From NCBI GenBank assembly GCA_041736305.1, contig JBGSTX010000387.1:1-32438 (forward strand): a stretch of 32,438 nucleotides of DNA, in the 5' to 3' direction. The DNA is from Oligoflexus sp. (lineage in GTDB: Bacteria; Bdellovibrionota_B; Oligoflexia; Oligoflexales; Oligoflexaceae). Under the pieces are notes generated by a model. It was given only the letters and a program-made list of their open reading frames with translations. It was not told where the DNA came from and ran no database searches. Numbering within the stretch: position 1 is the first letter of the stretch; each line of letters starts with the position of its first letter. Of this stretch, positions 1-8,971 are shown piece by piece. Position numbers and translations under genes: made by a program.

Positions 1-28
1 AGCACTGCCGCGCCAGAGTTTGTGAGTG

Positions 29-57
29 TTGACACGGCAAGAGGCTCCCAGTAAAAG
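29..57 (+). promoter_or_regulatory. Putative sigma70 promoter for purD-tsaC-maf
   Basis: TTGACA (29-34), 17-bp spacer, TAAAAG (52-57), 36 nt upstream of the purD ATG. The -35 is perfect; the -10 matches 4/6. Confidence 0.5.
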
Positions 58-93
58 AGGTCGCAGCAGCAAACCCTTTTCAAGGGATTCTTA

Positions 94-1392
94 ATGGAAT
101 TATTACTCATTGGTTCAGGGGCTCGGGAACATGCTCTGGCGTGGAAATTGCGCCAATCTGAGCTTACCGAAGCTCTTTGGTTTTGGCCGGGGGCAGCTGC
201 CATGGAGGGCTTAGGCAAGCGCCTCGATATAGGCTTGGATGCCAGCCTGAGCGATGTAGCTCGTTACGCGAAAAATCAAGGCATCGACATGGTCATCGTT
301 GGGCCTGAACAGCCTCTGGCTGATGGCTTTGCAGATGCATGCTTCGATCTCAAACTCCCTTGCTTTGGCCCTCTGAAGGCTGCCGCGCTCCTCGAGTCGT
401 CCAAAGCTTTTGCCAAAGAGATCATGGTTGAGGCGCATATCCCAACAGCTGCTCATATAAGCGTTCGCGGTGAAGAAGCTTGCTCTCGCGAAGCCCATGC
501 TTTTTTAAATAAACACGGAGGAGTCGTCATCAAAGCCAGCGGCTTAGCTTCTGGCAAAGGCGTCTTCGTCTGCAGGAGCCAGTCGGCTGTTGACGAAGCT
601 GTGGAAAGACTCTTTCGCAGCGGTATGGCGAAAGCCGCCGAGACAGTTGTCCTCGAAGAAATTCTGGAAGGTAGAGAATGCTCGTTTTTCGTCTTTCTCG
701 GCCAAGGTCAACCTACACCCATCGGTTTTGCCGTCGACCACAAACGACTCTTAGATAACGATCAAGGACCTAATACGGGCGGCATGGGCTGTTATACGCC
801 CGTTGCGTGGCTGCCATCGGATGCTGGCGAGCAGGTGATGGATAAGGTCGTCAATCCACTACTGAAAAGCTTAGAAAATCGTGGTTTGAGCTACACCGGG
901 TGCCTCTATGTAGGTCTCATGTGGGGTCCAGGAGGTCCCTCAGTCGTTGAATTCAATGTTCGACTTGGTGATCCTGAGGCTGAAGCCCTAGCTGTCTATG
1001 ATAAGCGGGACTGGACTCAATTGATTGCAAGCAAGCTCGGTCTGATTTCCGAGCCAGTCGATTTCGTGGCCGAAGCTAGCATGAATGAAGGTGCCGCTGT
1101 CGCTGTAGTCCTAGCTTCGCCTTGCTACCCTTTTGGTGACACTGAGACGAAACGTTTTGATATTCCGTCCTACGTTTTTGAAAACAACAGCGTTGATTTT
1201 TGCGTCTGTGGAGGAGCTGTCCGTCTTGAAAATGGTCGCTTTGTCAGCGGCAAGGGCCGACTTTTGACCCTCGTGGCACGTGGCCGCGATATTGCTGCAG
1301 CCCGCCAGCGCGTGTATACGGCCGTCAATGATTTGACGGCTCAGTGGAGCGGGGTCCAGTTTCGCAAAGATATTGGGCTGGCTGCGGAGTAA
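94..1392 (+). CDS. purD: Phosphoribosylamine--glycine ligase
   Basis: GSGAREHALAW N-terminus, VGPEQPL, LESSKAFAK, VVIKASGLASGKGV, DHKR..D.GPNTGGMG, EFNVRLGDPE, C-terminal FRKDIG; 432 aa. Confidence 0.97.
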   Translation: MELLLIGSGAREHALAWKLRQSELTEALWFWPGAAAMEGLGKRLDIGLDASLSDVARYAKNQGIDMVIVGPEQPLADGFADACFDLKLPCFGPLKAAALLESSKAFAKEIMVEAHIPTAAHISVRGEEACSREAHAFLNKHGGVVIKASGLASGKGVFVCRSQSAVDEAVERLFRSGMAKAAETVVLEEILEGRECSFFVFLGQGQPTPIGFAVDHKRLLDNDQGPNTGGMGCYTPVAWLPSDAGEQVMDKVVNPLLKSLENRGLSYTGCLYVGLMWGPGGPSVVEFNVRLGDPEAEALAVYDKRDWTQLIASKLGLISEPVDFVAEASMNEGAAVAVVLASPCYPFGDTETKRFDIPSYVFENNSVDFCVCGGAVRLENGRFVSGKGRLLTLVARGRDIAAARQRVYTAVNDLTAQWSGVQFRKDIGLAAE

Positions 1393-1434
1393 ACAGAATG
1401 TTCGAAGCTGATCAAAACAAGCGAGTTTTCTTCC

Positions 1435-2100
1435 ATGTTCAATAGCCCAGACATCGAAAAATTTGTCGAGGCTTGGGGCTCAGGGCAAATTTGTCTGCAT
1501 CTCAGTGATACCCTCCCTGGGCTAAGCTTTAATCCTTGGCGGCCTCAGGCAGCCCTTAGTTTAGCTCAACTCAAAGGGCGTCCCGAAAGCAAAACGCCGC
1601 TTGCCTTGATCAGCAACTGGAAGCTGGCTCTGCGCCTGTGGAAGCCTCTTCCAGAACCTTGGCCTCGACTCTTGCCTGAACTGTGGCCTGGACCCCTAAC
1701 GGTAATCTGGGAAGCATCACCTATATGTCCTCCGGGAATTCTCGCAGAAGACGAAACAGTAGGTTTGCGCTGCCCGCTTTTCCTGCCTGAGCTGGAGTGG
1801 ATGAAGCAGATTCTCGAGCTCGTCGATGAGCCTTTCCCAAGCACAAGCGTCAACGATAGCGGTACACCGCCGCTCCGTGAGTGGCGCGAAGCTGTAGCTT
1901 GGGCGTCGCAGAAGAACGCTCGAGGCTCTGTCTATGTCCCCGAGCTTAGTGAGATTCCCTCAAGTCAATCCTCGGCTATGCCCTCGACTTTGATCAAAAT
2001 AAATCAGAATGGTGGCTTCGCCTTGCTGAGACAAGGCGCCATGGATTCCAACTATATAATGTCGCGTCTGCGAGGAGTCGTACATGCCAGGAATTTTTGA
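1435..2100 (+). CDS. tsaC: L-threonylcarbamoyladenylate synthase (YrdC/TsaC-type, no Sua5 C-terminal domain)
   Basis: DTLPGL (divergent PTETVYGL), KGRPESK, LWPGPLT, TVGLRCP, STSVNDSG, PST...LLRQGA motifs. Confidence 0.85.
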   Translation: MFNSPDIEKFVEAWGSGQICLHLSDTLPGLSFNPWRPQAALSLAQLKGRPESKTPLALISNWKLALRLWKPLPEPWPRLLPELWPGPLTVIWEASPICPPGILAEDETVGLRCPLFLPELEWMKQILELVDEPFPSTSVNDSGTPPLREWREAVAWASQKNARGSVYVPELSEIPSSQSSAMPSTLIKINQNGGFALLRQGAMDSNYIMSRLRGVVHARNF

Positions 2101-2677
2101 AACCTTTCCCTACGAGCTGATCCTGGCCAGCTCCTCTCCACGCCGCCGCGAACTTTTGCAACATCTGGGACTGCCTTTTACGATCGAAGTTCCAGGCATC
2201 GATGAACAGCAGCGCAAAGGCGAACTGCCGGCCGACTATGTTCTCCGCAACTCCCTGGAAAAAGCCATAGCGATTGCCAAAAGCCCCAATCGTTTGGTGA
2301 TCGCAGCCGATACGATAGGAGTCCTCGATGGCGTTGTTCTCGAAAAACCTATTGATGCCGCCGATGCACAGCGCATGTTGATGAGCATGTCTGGCCGTAG
2401 CCACGAAGTCCTTACGGGTGTTACTGTAGCTCTGCATGGCTCAAAGGAAGCTCGCGTTCGCTCTAAAGTTGTCCGGACTGTAGTTCATTTCAAGGTCCTG
2501 AATCAGCGCGAGATAGCTCATTATGTCGGTAGTGGGGAGCCTCTGGATAAAGCCGGATCTTATGGCATCCAGGGCGGAGCTGGTTTCATGGTGGAGAAAA
2601 TCAGCGGATCATTCAGCAATGTGGTTGGCCTGCCGATGGCTGAACTGGTCAGCCTTCTCAGTGAATTCGCTAACTGA
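2084..2677 (+). CDS. maf: Maf family nucleoside triphosphate pyrophosphatase, YhdE type (dTTP/UTP)
   Basis: LILASSSPRRRELL, IAADT, DKAGSYGIQG, NVVGLP. The R/T/Q signature points to the YhdE subtype. Overlaps the end of tsaC by 17 nt. Confidence 0.93.
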   Translation: MPGIFETFPYELILASSSPRRRELLQHLGLPFTIEVPGIDEQQRKGELPADYVLRNSLEKAIAIAKSPNRLVIAADTIGVLDGVVLEKPIDAADAQRMLMSMSGRSHEVLTGVTVALHGSKEARVRSKVVRTVVHFKVLNQREIAHYVGSGEPLDKAGSYGIQGGAGFMVEKISGSFSNVVGLPMAELVSLLSEFAN

Positions 2678-2830
2678 AGACTGTCAAAAAAAATTGCATA
2701 ACTTGAGAATCTGTCCATAAGATGGCTAGTTTCCTACCTGCAACGCTCTGAAACAACATATAAAATAAATTCTTACGCTTTGGCTGAAAGATTGCTTAAT
2801 GCCGATTGGTAGCCTTAAGCGGAGTTGTGT

Positions 2831-3529
2831 ATGAGCAAGAAGTTGGATAAGAAGGCGAAAGAAAAAGATCAAAATAAGACGAACAAGGAGAAAAATTCTC
2901 TTCTCAATGAGACAATGCTGGGTCGATCCTTGCTGAACCGTTCTGGTTTGGTCGCTGACCGACAGACTCCTCAGGCGCGTGAGCATTCAAAGACAGTTTT
3001 GAGTCATACGCGCCAACAGCCAGGAGCAGATGGTGGGAGTAGGCATTCAGTTCTCTCAATGCTCTTCACGCGAAATGCGAGAAAGCCTATCGCTGCTGGC
3101 TCTTCGAGCAAGTGGCCATCTAAGCGTACGAACCGTCTCCTGCTCGGTATAGTCAGTTCCATTATAGTACTCGGCGTTGGCGTCGGTGGAATCGTGGCGA
3201 TAAATCCCGAAACTTTGGAGGGCATGAAGGGCTATTTTGGCGATAGCTTTCAAGCCGAAGACGACGATTCAGCCGATTCAATGCAAGTACCACCAGCCAG
3301 TATCCCTGCATCTGCGGTGAATGCGAGCAGGCGAGACGCAGGCAGCGAAGGCAAGACTATTTTCGATTCAATTCCCGTCAAGGAAAAGGTTTCGGCACCC
3401 ACTGCGGGTAAATCTAAGGTCAAAGTCGCCAAAGCCAAGTCACAGGATAGGAATAAAGCAAAAGGCAAGCCGAAGAAGAGCAAAAGCCAAGGGAAGAAAA
3501 AAGCCAAAGCAAACGCAAAAAAGAAATAA
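2831..3529 (+). CDS. Hypothetical single-pass membrane protein with Lys-rich termini
   Basis: ATG at 2831 with GGAG 6 nt upstream. One hydrophobic segment (LLLGIVSSIIVLGVGVGGIVAI), an acidic patch (EDDDSAD), and 18 Lys in the last 40 aa. Confidence 0.75.
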   Translation: MSKKLDKKAKEKDQNKTNKEKNSLLNETMLGRSLLNRSGLVADRQTPQAREHSKTVLSHTRQQPGADGGSRHSVLSMLFTRNARKPIAAGSSSKWPSKRTNRLLLGIVSSIIVLGVGVGGIVAINPETLEGMKGYFGDSFQAEDDDSADSMQVPPASIPASAVNASRRDAGSEGKTIFDSIPVKEKVSAPTAGKSKVKVAKAKSQDRNKAKGKPKKSKSQGKKKAKANAKKK

Positions 3530-3533
3530 GCGC

Positions 3534-4358
3534 TTAGATCCTCAGCCCTAGGCTCAGCCCTAGGAGCGGAAGCGTCTTGGAGTCGTATTTTCCAAGAAAG
3601 CTATTGGCCCTGTCGCGCATATGATCCGCCTGGAGCTGTTCAGCGTCGCTCAGGCTTATAGAACCAGCTTCAGAAGGGTCACTTGCCTGCGAGTTTCTGA
3701 CTTTTACGCTGGCTCTTGCCAGAGATTCCGCAAACAAAGGTTTACTGAATCCTAAATACCAGGCCAGGACTGCCTTATTGTTGAAAAAGGTCCAGCGATT
3801 ACCGATAGCCAATCGAAGCATGCGCTGCTCGGTGATTGACTCGACCTCGGCCTCGAAAACAGTATTCGAAAGAGTTTCGCCTGCAGAGTCCACAAAAAGT
3901 AGTTTGCTCGCCACCGCCCCTTTGATCGTCATACTTCGCCTTTGATATCCAGCACTCACAAAAAAAGACCCAGAGAAAGGCATGATGCTGAGGCCCGCCG
4001 CTCGGTGGGGCCCAAATTTAAGGTCGAACGGAACGATCATATCCGGACTTCTCAACGCAATTCCTTGCGAATCACGTAGCTTCTTTCCAGGAATTCTGTA
4101 GTTGACCCGCAAAGGCAGCGCAAAGGAGTAAGCCACCCAGGCTGCAGCCCATGGTAAGGGCTGAATCTGAATCTCGGCACCTAGAATTTCTGGAACTGAT
4201 GCTAAAAAACTTAGATCGACAAGGGGTCTGCTCTTGAACAGGCTGAGGCTTTGAGGTGGAGCGCCGATCGGCTTTGAGGGGGTGGCGTTTGGGACGGGAG
4301 CCGGTGCAGGGCTGGTCTGCTGCGCCCAAAGCCAATTGGGCAGCAGCAGACCCAGCAC
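3534..4358 (-). CDS. Putative secreted / outer-membrane beta-barrel protein (start uncertain)
   Basis: Signal-like LGLLLPNWLWA-QQ, a Pro-rich linker, alternating hydrophobic beta-strand patterns (FFVSAGYQR, LAWYLGFS) and C-terminal PLLGLSLGLRI. GTG at 4358 is the first in-frame start after the upstream gene's stop; the ORF-track start at 4556 would overlap that gene by 188 nt. Confidence 0.6.
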   Translation of the reverse strand: MLGLLLPNWLWAQQTSPAPAPVPNATPSKPIGAPPQSLSLFKSRPLVDLSFLASVPEILGAEIQIQPLPWAAAWVAYSFALPLRVNYRIPGKKLRDSQGIALRSPDMIVPFDLKFGPHRAAGLSIMPFSGSFFVSAGYQRRSMTIKGAVASKLLFVDSAGETLSNTVFEAEVESITEQRMLRLAIGNRWTFFNNKAVLAWYLGFSKPLFAESLARASVKVRNSQASDPSEAGSISLSDAEQLQADHMRDRANSFLGKYDSKTLPLLGLSLGLRI

Positions 4359-4368
4359 GAGGGCAAGT

Positions 4369-5481
4369 TCAGTCGTCCTTCTGCCCAGGATTGTCTTGTT
4401 TATTTTGACTAGGAATGTCAGTAGTCGGGGGATTTTGCGGATGCCCCGTGCCGGGTGGTAATTCGGGGCTTTCGCCGCCATGATCCCCATCGACACAAAT
4501 TTGTGAAGCACCAATTTTAATCGTATAGCTTTGAGTTGTTTCGTTGCCAAGGCCATACCTATTGATCTCAGTTAGATCTAGAATATCACCGTTGGCCAAC
4601 CTTTGCACAAGAGTTATGCGACGGCTCACACTCACGGAATGCCAGCTACCGTCATGGAGACGAAGGCCTTTCACCAATATGAGTGATTGTTGCTGACCCA
4701 GACTTGTGTAACTTAGAGCCATCGCCGGGAGTGGACCACTCTCTTTCTTTTCATAAACTTGAGGACCAGCGAGAGCCGAAAGCTCAAAACTCTGCTTGCC
4801 ATCGATCCGCTGTGAACGCGCAAAGCTGAAGCGAACTCCAACCATGTCACCAGCCTCTAGCGAGGAGAGATCGCTTTGCTCGTGGATAACTTTCCAATTA
4901 ACCTCTGAGCGTGTCGAGATCGAATTCTGACCAATTTGATAGCTTGAGACTCCATCCAGCCCTATTCCGAATTCGAAAAAAGCCAGGCGAGTAACTTCAT
5001 CTAGTTTTTCTGGAAGGCCTGCGTGAAAGCTAGGCGCGTCTTCGACTTTGAGACGAGCGAGGAAAGCAGTGCCCAACAATTCGCGTATGTCCCCGTAGCC
5101 CTCTAAGGCGAGGAGGTCTTGTTTTTCTAGATGCGCGCATGAACCCTGAGAAATTTTTGGAAAGAGTGACGACTGCCCATCATTATAAGTAGCTTCCCGC
5201 ACAACCGCATCGCGGAAATGGCGGAAACCTGTCCTGACTCGATTGCGGCCATCGTTATGATAAAGTTTGATAAGCGCATCAGCGCCTTCGGACTTAAGCT
5301 GATCAAGATAGCCAAGATTGTCTTCCATGGAGTTCCACGTCAGATACATTTTACTAGAATCTTGGCTGGCAGACGCTGAAGTCTGATCGGATTTCGATTT
5401 TTTGCCAACATTCACTTCAAGCTTGCTGCATCCGAGTGCGCTCAGGCCTGAAATAAAGATCAAAGTTATACGACTACCCAT
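4369..5481 (-). CDS. Hypothetical lipoprotein
   Basis: From ATG 5481 (AAGGG upstream): MGSRITLIFISGLSALG-C lipobox, Ser-rich tether, beta-rich body and a Pro/Gln/Asp-rich C-terminal tail. Confidence 0.75.
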   Translation of the reverse strand: MGSRITLIFISGLSALGCSKLEVNVGKKSKSDQTSASASQDSSKMYLTWNSMEDNLGYLDQLKSEGADALIKLYHNDGRNRVRTGFRHFRDAVVREATYNDGQSSLFPKISQGSCAHLEKQDLLALEGYGDIRELLGTAFLARLKVEDAPSFHAGLPEKLDEVTRLAFFEFGIGLDGVSSYQIGQNSISTRSEVNWKVIHEQSDLSSLEAGDMVGVRFSFARSQRIDGKQSFELSALAGPQVYEKKESGPLPAMALSYTSLGQQQSLILVKGLRLHDGSWHSVSVSRRITLVQRLANGDILDLTEINRYGLGNETTQSYTIKIGASQICVDGDHGGESPELPPGTGHPQNPPTTDIPSQNKQDNPGQKDD

Positions 5482-5541
5482 GAGGGACCCCTTCAGTGAA
5501 TTGCTCATAACGCTTTGTTTAGACAATCTTGCTTTTACTTA

Positions 5542-5557
5542 TGCAAATATTCGACCA
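5542..5557 (-). promoter_or_regulatory. Putative sigma54 (-24/-12) promoter
   Basis: Minus strand reads TGGTCGAATATTTGCA: GG-N10-GC with canonical TTGCA, about 60 nt upstream of the lipoprotein ATG. Confidence 0.55.
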
Positions 5558-5959
5558 AATTTTTTGGATAATTGAAGCGCGCTAGAGGCCCAGACAGCAA
5601 AGGAAAAATCTGCTTTCGCCAAGGAGAAGATGAATTGCTAGATGTCTAAAGATCGCTCTCCTCACAAACTGAGGTCGAACCGATAATAATTTCAATTATA
5701 TCAATATGATATGAATATTTTTGCGAACTTTTTACGAAAACTTTATGGGCAGGATTCGAAATCCATTATCGATCTCAGTTGTACTCAGACTAGTCAGTAA
5801 TCGTCATTCGCATGTCACTCATGCTGAAGGCGGAAGCGTCGTCTATTCTTAGCTTTGCAAAAAAAATCGAAGTCGTTATGATCAATCAACTTAAGCAGAT
5901 CAATGCCCTCACTTTTTTCCTTCAGAGCCGCAAGCTTCTGAGCACGACCCGGAGGAACC

Positions 5960-6847
5960 ATGGACAAACTGCAGTTGAGCGCCGAAGAACTCGCTTTTAT
6001 CGAGGATGCCGCCTCTTTTCTTGAAGGAGGCAACACCTTCGTTAAGTTCGCACAAAAGCTCGGCAAACCCATTGACCGCCTGCAAGAAAAGCTCCCTGTA
6101 CCTGCGCGGCGAATCCTCCATCAGGCGATAGAAAGATCGATGAAAAAAGCCCTCGAGCTGTCAATTGAAACCATAGCCTCACCATCTGTTTCAGACCTTC
6201 ATTCATCGTGGGAAAATGCGAACTCACGGACAAGGCGCCATGCTTGGATGCATACGGCTGCAGTTACCACGACCGGGGCTATCAGCGGCGCTATGGGAAT
6301 CAGCGCGCTGCTTATCGAACTACCGATTTCGACTTCGATCATTCTGCGAGCGATTTCAAGTGTGGCTCAGGAATGGGGGCAGGATATCAGAAAGCCTGAG
6401 ACTCAGCTGCAGTGTCTGTACATTTTCTCTCTCGGCTCCCACAACAGCAGCAAAGACGATGAAATGGATACTAGCTACCTCGCCTCGCGCATCGCCTACC
6501 AGCGCTTAATCGGCGAAGTTGCCGCTTTCATGGGGCAGCACGCAGCTAAGGATCTCCTCTTAGCTTTGGAGAGGGGAGGCGCGCCGGCCTTCGTGCGTTT
6601 GCTCGGCCTCCTGACGCCTGCCTTTGAGCGAACCGTCTTGAAAAAAGTGATGAGTCGGGCAATTCCGATCGTAGGAGCGCTTGGAGGAGCCGCTATCAAT
6701 GCCGCTTTCTGCAGCTACTTCACGGCAGCAGCCCGCTATCATTTCGGTTTGCTCTACCTCGAGCAAAAATACGGTCCCGATCTGGTCCGCTATGGCTATC
6801 GGCGCATTGCCGAAGCGCAGCTGGAAGCGAGAAGGAAAACTTCGTAA
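5960..6847 (+). CDS. EcsC family protein
   Basis: GGAGGA SD. TGAISGAMG...LIELP...ILRAISSVAQEWG and C-terminal IPIVGALGGAAIN...ARYHF..LE patterns are typical of EcsC. Confidence 0.8.
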   Translation: MDKLQLSAEELAFIEDAASFLEGGNTFVKFAQKLGKPIDRLQEKLPVPARRILHQAIERSMKKALELSIETIASPSVSDLHSSWENANSRTRRHAWMHTAAVTTTGAISGAMGISALLIELPISTSIILRAISSVAQEWGQDIRKPETQLQCLYIFSLGSHNSSKDDEMDTSYLASRIAYQRLIGEVAAFMGQHAAKDLLLALERGGAPAFVRLLGLLTPAFERTVLKKVMSRAIPIVGALGGAAINAAFCSYFTAAARYHFGLLYLEQKYGPDLVRYGYRRIAEAQLEARRKTS

Positions 6848-6855
6848 AAATTATT

Positions 6856-7494
6856 TTAATCGACAAGTCGCAAGGGAGAGAGATGAGGTGTAGGAGAGAG
6901 CGTTTTTTTGAACGTCCCTTCTTCAGTCTGAATTGAACTTGAGCGACCTGGCGCCGCAAACCAGGGGAGCGCCGAGGGTGGCGGTTCCAACACTTTACCT
7001 ATGCGCGTCAGCGGCGGCACATCTTTACTAATAAGAGCACCTGCGCCGATAGCACTGCCCCAGCCGATCGTCACTCCCGGCATGATCATCACTCGCTCGC
7101 CGATCATCACATCATCCATAATGACTATCGGTTTAGGGAGAGCTAGGTGGCTACTTGGGGATCCAGCTTGCACCTTCCGGTCGAACATCAGGACGTCTTT
7201 GCCAATGCGGCAGCGGCGGCCGATCTGAATAAGAGCTGAAGCATGGAGAACAACGCCAGCAGCGATGTGAACGTCTTCGCCGATGAGAAGCCTTGCCCCG
7301 GGTTCAGCTGTGAGGGCTATACCCCGACGTCCGCCGTCGATGATAGCGCGTGCCCCCAAAACAATATCGCCCCAGGGATTGAGAAAGACCCGTCCGCCTA
7401 TGCGAACGTCAGGTCCCCTCGATGTTTTATTAAGTACGCAAGATGTCCAGAGGTCGGGGTGAAGAAGTGAGCCTGGCTGGAAGCGTTCGGGCAT
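6856..7494 (-). CDS. Hexapeptide-repeat (left-handed beta-helix) acyltransferase-like protein
   Basis: Repeats LLIGEDVHI, IQIGRRCRIG, PIVIMDDVMIGERVMIMPGVTIGWGSAIGAGALISKDVP. Starts 15 nt after the tolB stop. Confidence 0.8.
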   Translation of the reverse strand: MPERFQPGSLLHPDLWTSCVLNKTSRGPDVRIGGRVFLNPWGDIVLGARAIIDGGRRGIALTAEPGARLLIGEDVHIAAGVVLHASALIQIGRRCRIGKDVLMFDRKVQAGSPSSHLALPKPIVIMDDVMIGERVMIMPGVTIGWGSAIGAGALISKDVPPLTRIGKVLEPPPSALPWFAAPGRSSSIQTEEGTFKKTLSPTPHLSPLRLVD

Positions 7495-7509
7495 TGTTTC
7501 GAAAGTTCC

Positions 7510-8958
7510 TCAGTTGTTGGAACGATTGATCGACCACTGCGGCGTCTGCGCATCGTAGATGCCGTTCAGATTGAGGCGCTGCTGGTTGCTGCCATCGCGG
7601 TTCATAATCCATAGAGTCGATAGGCCCTTACCATTTCCTTCGCCAATGCGGTTCGACTGATACACCAAAAGTTGCCCGTTAGGGGCGAAACTTGGGCTCT
7701 CGTTATCCCCATTTTTAAGCGTCAGACGTTCGAGCTGTGAGCCATCTGGATTCATCATGAATATGTCCCAGCGATCAATATCACGGTCATAACCGCCAAA
7801 AGCTATTTTATCAGATTCCGGTGACCAAGCGGGAGTCGCGTTGTACCAACCAGCATAAGTGAGGCGCTTGTCGCTGGTAAGCTTTGGTGTCTCGCCGTTC
7901 CACTGCAGAGCGCCGACAAAAATATGTGGATTACCAAAACGTCCTGAGACGAAAGCTATCCACTTCTTATCGGGTGAAAACTTCGGGTCGACATCGAGAC
8001 CTGAACCTTCAATGAGAAGCTTTCTATCACTTCCCTGCTTGTTCATCATGAAAATGTCAGTGTCATCACCGCGGGAGCTGGTATAGGCAATAATAGAGCC
8101 CTGGGGTGAGAAGTTGGCTCCGCTGTCCAGCCCAGGAGCCTGGGTGAGGCGCTTGCGGGTTCGAGTTACCGTGTCGTAGATATAGATTTCGGGGTTCCCA
8201 GCTTCATAGGACGTGTAAGCCAGAGAACGCCCATCGGGACTCCAGCTAGGGGAGAGATGAGGTACGTTTCCGTCAGTCACCTGCACGAGTCCCGAACCAT
8301 CGAAATCGGCAATGAAAACTTGCTTCGAAGCCGTCTTGCTGCGACGGCCCACGAATGCGACCCGCGAATTAAATATTCCCGATTTGCCCGTATAGGCCTG
8401 AAGCATATAGTCAGCATACTGGCGGATCGTGGCTTTGTAATCCGAGATCTTGGTGAACTGCTTGGCCAGTATCTCTTTGCCGCGACCGACGTCGTAGGTC
8501 TTAAGAGTCAGGGTCAAACCCGTCTTGGGGTCGTCGATCAAGGCACCCATAGTCAGCGAATCCCCACCGAGGGCTCGCCACTGGACGAGTTCATCGCCGC
8601 TCATGGTATCCGGGTCGGTGATCCAGCTGCTCGATTCGGTAGTTTTCCGCTTCTTGGCGTAGGCATCCCAGACCCCTGTATAAGCACCATCGGCAAGGGT
8701 CGCAAAAAAGCCAGAGAAGGTCAGGAGATTTTTTAACTCTTCCGCACCGTCTTCCAGTAATTTCTTACCCTGAGCGTCGGTAATAGAGCCTGCAGCCTGT
8801 ATTTTGGGAACGGCGACAACCACTTTGCGGAAGGCAGGGTTATCGATGCTGATAAGCAAGGGTCCGCCTTCGGCAGCGAGCAGGGCTCTACTAGAAATTC
8901 CCAAACTCAGGGCTGAAAGCAAGAACGCGACAAGGGGGGTCTTTCGATTCAGGGCCAC
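7510..8958 (-). CDS. tolB: Tol-Pal system beta-propeller protein TolB
   Basis: GTG start with GAGGAGGA SD, signal peptide, TG..GIFNSRVAFV and six PD40 repeats (PSWSPDG, NFSPQG, PKFSPD, PAWSP, PSFAPNG, PQWS). Follows tolQRA. Confidence 0.93.
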   Translation of the reverse strand: MALNRKTPLVAFLLSALSLGISSRALLAAEGGPLLISIDNPAFRKVVVAVPKIQAAGSITDAQGKKLLEDGAEELKNLLTFSGFFATLADGAYTGVWDAYAKKRKTTESSSWITDPDTMSGDELVQWRALGGDSLTMGALIDDPKTGLTLTLKTYDVGRGKEILAKQFTKISDYKATIRQYADYMLQAYTGKSGIFNSRVAFVGRRSKTASKQVFIADFDGSGLVQVTDGNVPHLSPSWSPDGRSLAYTSYEAGNPEIYIYDTVTRTRKRLTQAPGLDSGANFSPQGSIIAYTSSRGDDTDIFMMNKQGSDRKLLIEGSGLDVDPKFSPDKKWIAFVSGRFGNPHIFVGALQWNGETPKLTSDKRLTYAGWYNATPAWSPESDKIAFGGYDRDIDRWDIFMMNPDGSQLERLTLKNGDNESPSFAPNGQLLVYQSNRIGEGNGKGLSTLWIMNRDGSNQQRLNLNGIYDAQTPQWSINRSNN

Positions 8959-8971
8959 AAAATCCTCCTCT

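Noticed and set aside
1390-1437. purD and tsaC are in the same frame, separated by one TAA (possible readthrough fusion)
   Set aside because: Both proteins are complete on their own, TAA is rarely read through, and same-frame neighbours occur one time in three by chance.
2801-2808. GCCGATTG sigma28-like -10 box before the Lys-rich gene (and ACCGATAA at 5679-5686)
   Set aside because: No acceptable -35 element at 15-16 bp spacing.
3541-3564. Tandem 12-bp repeat CTCAGCCCTAGG x2
   Set aside because: Only two copies, encoding LGLS-LGLR in the final beta-strand; not an array.
4359-4556. Long N-terminal extension of ORF 3534..4556 overlapping the lipoprotein gene
   Set aside because: Probably an open frame over the lipoprotein's low-complexity tail; signal-like sequence begins only near 4358-4380.
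5682-5700. Fur-box-like GATAATAATTTCAATTATA (13/19 match)
   Set aside because: It lies in a very AT-rich block where such matches arise easily, and no iron-related gene is adjacent. An IHF/enhancer region for the sigma54-like promoter explains it as well.
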